In this document: positions 48,002 through 57,438 of the stretch, piece after piece
How the letters are laid out: each line of letters begins with the position of its first letter
Position numbering within the stretch: the stretch's first letter is position 1
Source: Mantamonas sphyraenae STR306
Lineage: Eukaryota > Protista > CRuMs
DNA length: 64,000 nt
Assembly (NCBI GenBank): GCA_026936335.1
Contig: JAPMXV010000014.1
Coordinates: forward strand, 36,708 to 100,707
Direction of reading: 5' to 3'
Translations under genes and position numbers: made by a program
The notes under the pieces: model-generated
Database searches by the model: none
What the model was told of the DNA's origin: nothing
The model's input: only the letters and a program-made list of their open reading frames with translations

Positions 48002-51000
48002 ATGTCGATTCTGAAGTGTCAGCACCATAGCTGCAACAACGAGACAGTGCTCATGGTGTGCTGGGTAACGTCAGCCCGATCTCACGTGTCGCTGGTGTGT
48101 CCGACCTGTGTGGCCGACAACGAGTCGATTTCCCTGTACACACCACGAACAAGACTACCTGCAAATCTGGGCGAGCCCGAAGGTGACATGCAAGGGTACG
48201 CCAACGTCAACGGTGTCAACCCCGCGAAGGTGGCATGCTGGGTGTCGTCCTATGCCACAGCCGTGCGCGCCTCTCCAACTCTGCGAACGTCCATGTGCAA
48301 GTACCTTCTCGGATGGCTGGAGGCAACGACAGGCGGGAACGACCCGACCCAGTTGGGGCCTGAGCCTGGGGAGCAAGGTAAGCTCAAACCGCACTCAATC
48401 CCGCTGACAGGAGAGTGGAGATTGCTCACCCGCCCTCTTTGCGCCGGCACACACAGACCCCAGCGTCGTCAACACGGCCCTTCTGCGGCAGACCTGGTGC
48501 ATGGCCATGTTCTGTGACGACGACATGTATGCCGTGGCCTGCAACGATCTCTTCCTTGCCGCTACAGTGCTGGCAGGCGGCGACGACCTGTGGGGTGACT
48601 CGGCAGATTTCCATCACCGCCTCGAGGTCGCATTCGACTCTGACTTCCCCATCCAGATGTTGCATGGTGGTACCCCCCCGCCAGCGGACGCCGCAGGGGT
48701 TGCAATGCTTGCGGGGCGAGGTGCTCTCCAGCAACGTGAGGGCGAGGGCCTGCCGGAGCAAGAGCAGGAAGTGCCCTTCGGGGTGCTCTGTTTCCAAGGG
48801 GAGCACTACACGGCATGGCTTCCACTGGCGGAAGGGAAATTCCGTGTGTACAATGACCTTGTGCCGCAGCTGACTGACGAGGAGTGGCCCGCGCCTGAGC
48901 GTGCGCCCACGGGTTTCAGGCTGGTCTTCCTCAAGTCTCAACCGGAAGAGGAGTGGCGGTTGCCGTCTGCCATGGGCACCGTGGCTCTCGACAACAAATC
49001 AAACGTGTTCCGCAAGCCCATGGCCATCAGGGGCCCGCGAGTTGTGATGCAGAGCAAGGAGAGCTCCACCTCAGCTGCTGGAAGGCGTTTGTACGCGCAC
49101 GCTGCACGGGCTCGAGGGACAACGCCAGCGCCTCAAGGACGGCCACCTTCGACCCGGGTGCAGGTTGCTGGGTCAACCGCATCTGTGCGTGGGCTCCGTT
49201 TCAACCGTGTGCCCGCCACGCAGACATCGGCAGCAGGGCAGCTGAAACAGCTTCCGACTTCAGCCGGCGACAAGACGCCAGTGACCGCAAAGTGTCTGGA
49301 CGTGTTGAACGACAACTGGCAACCCCCACCTTTGGCTGACTCTGCTGTCAACGAGGGCGTGGAGGGTGGTGTGCAGCGTGGCGTCGCTGGGTCGGGGGGA
49401 ACCCGCCTTGCCGCAGTGTACGTTGGCCTCAGCAGCCTCGCCGCTCGCTACTTGCACCTCTCCGACCATACCATCACGCATCCCGCCACGTTCACCTCTG
49501 CCTGGCAATGGGTCACCACGATCCTCGACACTGTGTTGCCCAGATTGAGCAAGCTGTTCTCGACTCGCACGGTTGTGGTTGTGGACGACGTCGTGTCCAC
49601 AGCCGCACTGTTTGCAGGTCGAGCCACGCCAGCCGAGCTGCAACGCTTCTACCAGCAACTGAGTGCAGCTGCGTCCCAGGACACCTTCTCCAACGCCAAG
49701 CAGCGAGCGTTCGCCGCTCGTGCCACTGTCACCACCCTGGCGCCAGTGATGCGCGACTACCTTGCTGCCCATCAAGTGGCAACGATGTCACTGGACGAGT
49801 TCGTCACAAACCAGGCCGTCAGAAATAAGGCCGTCAGAAACCAGGCCGCCAAAAACCAGGTCAAGGCCGAGGACGATATCGTTCTGTGCCACCGCGAGGG
49901 GCGTCTCATGGCTGGCCTCGCACTCCATGGGTCAGCTCCGGGGCTGCGGGTTGTCAACATCTTCAACGCCCATGTGGTGGACACGAAGAAAGTGCACGCC
50001 CAAGCGACGTCATGGAAACTGATAACCTGGGCCAAGGGAGTCAAGAAGAAGCCCAAAAAGGGGAAGACGACAAAGACCAAATCGCGAGGGAAAACATCGA
50101 TCAAGAGTGACGACGAAAAGAAGGAAGAAGAGACTAAAGCGCTGAGGCAGCAGCTGCTCACGGTGGGTCTGGAGGAGACCGAACGTGACCATGGTCCCAT
50201 GTCGGCCGTCGCCCTGGCGCAAGCAGTCTGCCAGCGGCTTGGAGGAGTGCATGGTCTCGATCATCAACGCGCGCAGACCGTGATGGAGTCGTTCAGCAGA
50301 CTGTGTACGCAGGCCAAGCCGAAACCGCGCTCAGTGGAGGAGTTGGCACAGGCCATGGGCTTGACCGAGGTCAACATCACCTACAACCACAAGCCAGAGC
50401 TGAAGAACACCGATGACACCCGTATGCATATGGAGTACAAGCTCGGGCGTGGCCACAGTGCACGGGAAGGGACGCTGCACGTGCAGGAGATGCCATTCCA
50501 TCTCGCACAGGGCATTCACAAGGATGTTGCGAAGGCCATGGTGGGCCAGGAGGACGCCACGGAGCCGGACGAGGAGGACTGTGCGGTGCCCTACCTGCTG
50601 ACGGCAACTGAAGCCGAAATCGAGCAGCTTGTGGAGGAGATTCCTGCTGGCTTTGATGCATCTGTCTTCAAAAAGAACAAGGAGGAGTCACTCGGTTCCC
50701 GTGAGGCCGTTAAAAGGTGGACATCTGTTCCACATGTGATCACAGCACGGCACGAGAAACAACTGGCAGTGCTCCTGCGGAAGGATGGCCAAGTGCTTCG
50801 CCCTCCTGCGACCCCATCATCAGCGACCCGTGCGGACCTATTCGAGGTGGCGCTCCAGACAGGGGCAACAACAGAGGGCGAGACATTGACGCCGCTCAAG
50901 GATGCTTTTTATGACAAGGATGACGTGAAGGGAAGCCAGCGGGGGCGACCCGTGTGGATCCCGCACGGTTTTGATTTCGCCACGCTGCTGCCTTCGGCCA

Positions 51001-54000
51001 CGGCGATCAGGGAGCACGATTTTGTTGAGTACCAGAGCGATCTCAAGAAGAATCTGAAGCTGGAGGCGAACGTGCGTGGGCTTGGAAAGAGCGAGGCTGA
51101 CGTTCTTGGAGCGTTGGCGGACTGTATGCTCGTGCAAACAGCCTTGCTTCGAGCATGGTTCGTCGACCAGGTGATTCCAGAGGTGAAAAAGGACCCAACT
51201 GCATGGTTCACTGCGCCCCATGGACGCCAGCAATCGGTGGATGGCAGCGACGAGCAGGAGGAGGGGGAGCTGGATGAGGCGGAGCTGGATGAGTCGGAGC
51301 TGGATGAGGCGGAGCTGGATGAGGCGGAGCTGGATGAGGCGGAGCTGCCAACAGAGGATCAGACGATGATTGACGGGATGGTGGTCGACGGGATGGTGGA
51401 AGTTCACAGCCGCGTGAAGCCCTTCTACCTGCTCGAAGCGTCCACGGCTCTGCGCACAGTGGCGACGCACAACCTCAAGGTACTCAAGGAGAACGTGGAC
51501 ACCCCAGAGGAGCTCAAGTCTGTACGATTTACCAGGAACGGGATACAGAAGGCGGGCGATGGTCAACATGGTTTCGACTTTTCCTTCATGGTCACGCGTC
51601 TGAAGGTGGATCTTTCGGAGGCGCCCGTGTCGAGCATGGCCAATGACATCGCTCGTGCCTTCAATGGCAGCCTGCAGTCGGCCATCTCCTTGTGTGCCTA
51701 CCCGATGATCGTGGCGCTGATGAGGAACGGGGCGCCCAGCGAGCTGCCCATGTCCGCCATCGTGGCCAGCGTCGCCGCGCTCATGCGTACAAGCTATGCA
51801 AAGACCAAGAAGGCGTTCCAAACCCACCAGGTGTCGACAAAGGACACACGTGACTTTGTGTTCTCTCAGCCCATCCACAAGGCCACAAAGGCTGCTGCCG
51901 CGGCTGCTGCTCACTCTTCAGTGGAGGTCCAGGGGCCCTCCATGGATGTGCAGGAGTCCTCCATGGATGTGCTGCCCTCTGTGGATGTGGAGTCATCCAT
52001 GGATGTGCAGGGGTCCTCCGTGGATGTGCTGCCCTTTGTGGATGTGGAGTCATCCATGGATGTGCAGTCCTCCGTGGATGTGCTGCCCTCTGTGGATGTG
52101 GAGTCATCCATGGATGTGCAGGAGTCCTCCGTGGATGTGCTGCCCTCTGTGGATGTGGAGTCATCCATGGATGTGCAGGAGTCCTCCGTGGATGTGCTGC
52201 CCTCTGTGGATGTGGAGTCATCCATGGATGTGCAGGAGTCCTCCGTGGATGTGCTGCCCTCTGTGGATGTGGAGTCATCCATGGATGTGCGGTCCTCCGT
52301 GGATGTGCTGCCCTTTGTGGATGTGGAGTCATCCATGGATGTGCAGGAGTCCTCCGTGGATGTGCTGCCCTCTGTGGATGTGGAGTCATCCATGGATGTG
52401 CAGGAGTCCTCCGTGGATGTGCTGCCCTCTGTGGATGTGGAGTCATCCATGGATGTGCAGGAGTCCTCCGTGGATGCGCAGCTCTCTGTGGATGCGCAGC
52501 GCTCACAAGGTGTACCTCCATGGGACCCGTACGAGGAGGTGTGCGCAAGTCTCTCGGATCAACTCGGCAAGCACGTGCGTGGCAAACGGGACGCGTTGTC
52601 TGTGCTGTTGGATGTGATGCTCAAGCCCGACCTGAAGACCAATCTCAAAAGCACACAAGCAAAGCGCGCCATTGCATCGACAGCAGCATCATTGGACTGT
52701 GTTGACGCGATGTTTCCCGGTCCGGTTGACATTGGCGGCCAGTTCGTCTTCGGCGCGTACTCCGTCAAGACGTACGCGTTTAAGATCTTTGTGAACACCA
52801 TGGAAGCAAGGTGGAAAGCCCATGGAAAGCCGAACGGGAATGCCAACCCAGATGACCCCCAAGACGCCAACCCGGACGCCAACCCGGACGCCAACCCGGA
52901 CGCCAACCCGGACGCCAACCCGGACGCCAACCCGGACGCCAACCCGGACGCCAACCCAAACGACCCCCCAGACGCAAACCCGAACGCCAAGTCGGACGCC
53001 AATCCGGGTTGGTGGAATGCACTGAAAGAACGCGAGTGGGTTTTGACGGATGAGGCCATCCCGAGTCTCCCTAAATGGCTCAAGCAGGCAGTGTATCGGT
53101 GTCGGTATGCTCGTCGCATGCCAGAAAACAACAGTGACGAGGATCTGCCCAACAAGCACTGGGCAGGGAAACGGCCGCTGCGAACAGTTCCCGTGAAGTC
53201 AATACTCATGCTCACGCGCGGCGTTGGCACGAAAAACGCAAGGTGCCTGCTGAAGAACGTCAGCGCCAGCAGCATGCGCATGCTCTCTGGTGGAATCGCC
53301 GCTCAGGGGAAGTACAGACGAGCGTTTGTGTTACAGCCACCAAGAGTTCACACTCTCCTGCCTTCACCGGCGAGCCTCGCAACATTGATCAGGCCAAGGA
53401 TGGCTCATCTCCTGCCCCTTCTGCTGGACCCCAAGAAGAACGCGCTGATTGCCCTGGCCGTGCTGAAGCCCACGGGCATGCCAGACACGTTGACGACCGA
53501 GATCCAGAAGATTGCTCCCGGTTTCCCGAAGTACCCCGTTCCGAAGCGTGGCTTGGTCGAGCAGGTCAAGGCCTTTGCCAAGAATGGATACGCAGTCCTT
53601 GAGCATGCACGCAAGGTGCTGTGGATCAGCATTGACCCTGGTCGTGGACGCGACTGGGTCGAGGCGATCTTTGTGCGGGACGGCCAGCTGTATGTGGCCA
53701 CCTTGCCCCTGGACAGCCACGATGTGCAGGCACACAAGGCAGGGCAGGACCGAGTGCTGGCGTCGTACACGGACTTCAAGGAGGAGTACAAGCAACGTGT
53801 CTTCGGAAAAGATTTGCACAAGGATGCGAAGCACATGCGTGCGCAGTACGCAACGTTTCGCAAACGAAGGATGGCAGGCGTGCGTGAGATGATCTCCGTG
53901 ATCCACAAGTTCCGCGCGCATCTGGGCCTGGAGCAGGTGATTGTGCTGCAGCCGACAAAGACGTTTGGCGGACGCGGGAAATCGCAGGAGATGCGGGAGA

Positions 54001-54503
54001 TGCTGGCCAACCACTTTGTCGTCATTGCAGCAGACGAGAGGTATACATCGCAGCAGTGCTTCTGTGGCAGCGCTGTCGACAACTTGGACGACTTTGGCGC
54101 TGAGAAGTTTGGGCGATGGCGGACGTGCAGCAGCCACTGCCTGTCGGACATCGACTCCAACATGTTTGACGCCACCAAGCAGCTCAAACGCTTTGCACAA
54201 CGGCACGCATGCAAAGAGATGGAGGGCGAGGGTGAGCACAACTTGCACCAGGCAGTTCAGAGAGACCGAGGCTCTGCACACTGCATCTTCTGGCGGCAGA
54301 TGCTCTTCTTTGTCACAGGCGTCTGGATGGAGAAGCCAACAAAGAAAATCAAGGTGCAACGCAAGGCAGCAGACAAGGCAGGCGAGAGAAGCAAGAAGAG
54401 AAGAGATGAGGAAGTGGGGGAAGAAGAGGATTCGGGTGGGTCACAACCACAACAGCATGCAACCAAGCGACAAAGGGTACCAAGCGACGAAGGAGGCAAA
54501 TGA
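48002..54503 (+). CDS. Giant Fanzor (TnpB-like RuvC nuclease) fusion protein, ~2140 aa; exons 48002-48377 and 48457-54503
   Basis: RuvC-I WISIDPG (D at 53634), shifted RuvC-II ADERYTSQQCFC (E at 54036), Cys cluster CFC...CSSHC and RuvC-III QRDRGSAHCI (D at 54264). A 79-nt GTAAG...CTCAC...CACAG intron joins the upstream ORF in frame. Confidence 0.85.
51267..51347 (+). repeat. 15-bp coding repeat x5 (ELDEA)
   Basis: GAGCTGGATGAGGCG tandem array. Confidence 0.95.
51938..52500 (+). repeat. 57-bp coding minisatellite, ~9-10 copies (SVDVLPSVDVESSMDVQES)
   Basis: Near-identical tandem units built from (A/G)TGGATGTG submotifs. Two units lack one codon, so the frame is preserved. Confidence 0.95.
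52863..52958 (+). repeat. 12-bp coding repeat x8 (DANP)
   Basis: GACGCCAACCCG tandem array. Confidence 0.95.
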
Positions 54504-54630
54504 TCGGCCTACAGATCCAAATCCACAGGCTTACCCATACTACCTTGTCGCACCATGTGGTGCATCGACTAGCCGAAGGCCATGTGCACAGCCATGTGGC
54601 CAATACAATGATGAACGAACGATCCCATTC
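54504..54630 (+). ncRNA. Candidate omega-RNA (Fanzor scaffold plus flank-derived guide)
   Basis: Lies between the Fanzor stop and the putative right end. Hairpins GTC-GCACC-ATGT-GGTGC-ATC-GAC (54547-54569) and GGCCATGTG-CACAGC-CATGTGGCC (54578-54601). Inferred by analogy to TnpB/Fanzor loci. Confidence 0.45.
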
Positions 54631-54712
54631 CCATTCCTTCTCATCGCAAACAATCCATGCATTGCACTCGTGCGCCCTCCGCAACACCCAAACCCAAACC
54701 ACACACACAAGC

Positions 54713-57030
54713 ATGACTGAGCTTGACGACACTTCTGACCTTGTCGATTACGAGGAGGACGATCTGGAGACCACTGAGGAGGCTACCACCACAAAGTATG
54801 TTTCAACCAGCACGTGAGCCAGCCTCGCGGCCGGCTCTGGCTCTCTTCTCTTCTTCTTCTTCTTCTTCCGGCTTGCTTGGGATCCAACCACCGCGCCCAC
54901 TGTTTTTCTCTCAGGGGGGAGCACATTCGCAAGCGAACACATACGCGGGGGCTCACTGTTGTGGAGTTGCTTGGCGTGTAGCGCTGGTTTTTTGTGTCTC
55001 CCGCCAATTTGGCGCCAGCCACATTTTCTTCCCTCTCGCGGGGGTTGAAGCCACGCCTCGCACTCCACGCGCTGCCCCCGCTCGCGCGCACATCGTCTCC
55101 ATCTGGGATGCCTGCGCATGCAAGGCGCACCCCACCCACCTGCCTCCTGTGCTGCATACCGGCTGCGATTCGCACACCAAAGTGCGCCAGACGTCGCCGG
55201 AGAAAAAAATGCAACGCAGGAGTGACGGCCGAGGTGGAATGTGCGCCTTTTCGCCTCGTCTGCTCGCATCCCAGTGGACACCAGTACCAGGCCACCGCAA
55301 GGCGGCCCAGCGATCAAAATTCAGAGGAGCCAAGGAATTCACGATGCGTCCCTCCCCTTTGTCCACGCGCGTGGTGTGCGCAAGAAAAAGAGGCGCCAGA
55401 TGCTGGGATTTCCATGTCTGGCTCGATGCGCCCAAAACGCAGAAACACGCTCGTGGCGGAGGAGGGACGAGGTTCAGGCCACGCGTATCCTAGTATCCGA
55501 TGACAAACGCATGTGCGGCCCCGGCTGCAAGGAACAGATTGGACGGTTATGTCGCGAAAAGAGGCAAAACCAATCCTGGGCGAGAGGCCATCTCTCTCTG
55601 CCCGCTGCCCGGTGTCGCACTCGCACACTTGCACACTTGCACACTTGCACGCACGCACACACATACACACACACACACACACTCCATGCCACGATTTTTG
55701 CCCAGTTGTCGTCTCTCTCGTACAAAAAACCACTTGTCTCTCACACTCAAGCTCGCGGCCTCGCAACAACAACAACAACAACAACAACAACAACCTTGGA
55801 TATTTATCCAACCATCCAAACTGTTACAGGGTGGCCACCGACAGCTCCACGTACTCGAGCTCCTTCAAGGACTTTCTGCTGAAGCCCGAGCTGCTGCGCT
55901 CGGTGGTGGACCAGGGCTTTGAGCACCCGTCCAAGGTGCAGCACGAGGCCATCCCGCAGGCCATCCTGGGTGGTGACATCCTGTGCCAGGCCAAGTCGGG
56001 CATGGGCAAGACGGCCGTGTTTGTGCTGACCACGCTGCACCAGCTGGAAACGGACGACAACAACGTGCAGGTCGTCGTCATGGCCCACACGCGCGAGCTG
56101 GCCTTCCAGATCGCTCACGAGTACGAGCGCTTCACCAAGTACATGCCCGAGGCCAAGGTGGCTGTGTTCTACGGCGGCATCCCGGTCAAGCAGCACAAGG
56201 ACATCCTCAAGGACGACCCGCCCCACATCCTGGTCGGCACCCCGGGCCGCATCAAGGGCCTGCTCAAGGACGGCAGCCTCGACCTGAAGAACGTCAAGCA
56301 CTTTGTGCTGGATGAGTGCGATTCCCTGCTGGACTCTCTGGACATGCGCGCCGACGTCCAGTACATCTACCAGCAGACGCCGCCCATGAAGCAGACCATG
56401 ATGTTCACCGCCACCCTGCCCCAGGAGGTCAAGAGCATCTGCCGCCTCTTCCTCAACAACCCCATGGAGATCCTCGTCGACGACGACAGCAAGCTCACCC
56501 TGCACGGTCTCCAGCAGTACTACATCAAGCTCACCGAGGAGGAAAAGACCCAGAAGCTCACCGATCTGCTCGACGCCCTCGAGTTCAACCAGGTGGTCAT
56601 CTTTGTGCGCAGCGTCAACCGCGCCAAGGCCCTCAACAGCCTGCTGCGCGAGTGCAACTTCCCGTCCATCTGCATCCACTCGGGTCTCAAGCAGCCCGAG
56701 CGCATTTCCCGCTACAACCAGTTCAAGAACTTTGATGCCCGCATCATGGTTGCCACGGACATCTTTGGCCGCGGTATCGACATTGAGCGCGTCAACATCG
56801 TCATCAACTACGACATGCCCGTCGCCGAGGAGAGCAAGGAGGGCCGTGGCGCCGATGCCTACCTGCACCGCGTCGGCCGTGCTGGCCGCTTCGGCACCAA
56901 GGGTCTTGCCCTCTCCATGGTGTCCTCTGCCGAGGACTCGGAGGTCCTCAACGCCGTCCAGGAGCGCTTCGAGATCAACATCGAGAGCATCCCGGATACC
57001 ATCGACGTGTCCACCTACATGAACGCCTAA
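54713..57030 (+). CDS. DDX39: DECD-box RNA helicase UAP56/SUB2 (exons 54713-54795 and 55830-57030)
   Basis: [46 protein letters not shown] and [12 protein letters not shown]. Confidence 0.97.
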
Positions 57031-57117
57031 TTCCGCCCTCAACGCAACACTGCGTGCAATGAACCAGGGGACCTTTGGCTTTTGAACCAACCATCTTGTT
57101 TTGTTCCATCACCTCCT

Positions 57118-57406
57118 CTATCGTCCGTCTCGTCTGTCCAGCCCGGCCTTGCCACCAAGACCAATCTTTTCCGTGTTTTGCGCAGAGGCAAAGCGCATGT
57201 TGCGGTTGCCGCCCTGACGCAAGGCCTCTGGGTCCGTTGTAGCACCGCCGGCGGTGGCTGCCATGGTGCCGCCCTTGCCCACGTCGCCGAGAATGCCATC
57301 CGCACCCCTTCCCGCTGTGCCCGACGTGGCTGCCTCCAGAATGTTGTCCAATCCAAACGGATCCTGTTCCTTGGGCTCCTCGCGACGGAACTGCACAGGC
57401 CCGCTG

Positions 57407-57438
<32 letters not shown>

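Larger units (their letters stand above)
45621..54607 (+). mobile_element. Candidate Fanzor-carrying IS630/Tc1-mariner-like DNA transposon (~9.0 kb)
   Basis: Contains a DD34E transposase and a RuvC/Fanzor gene between two housekeeping genes. Termini TGTTGTGGC...GCCAATACA match as inverted repeats at 7/9 positions. Direct repeat ATGATG at 45615-45620 and 54608-54613. Gene content is well supported; the exact ends are tentative. Confidence 0.7.

Noticed and set aside
51938-52500. Regular repeat array inside a Cas12-related gene, considered as a CRISPR array
   Set aside because: The units are contiguous with no unique spacers and are in frame within the ORF, so this is a coding minisatellite.
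52863-52958. DANP repeat resembling the Plasmodium circumsporozoite NANP repeat
   Set aside because: A simple 12-bp expansion; the similarity reflects low-complexity convergence.
54670-54690. Weak inverted similarity (CCGCAACAC vs left-end GTGTTGTGG) as an alternative right TIR
   Set aside because: Too short and gapped, has no matching target duplication, and lies in the CA-rich UAP56 leader.
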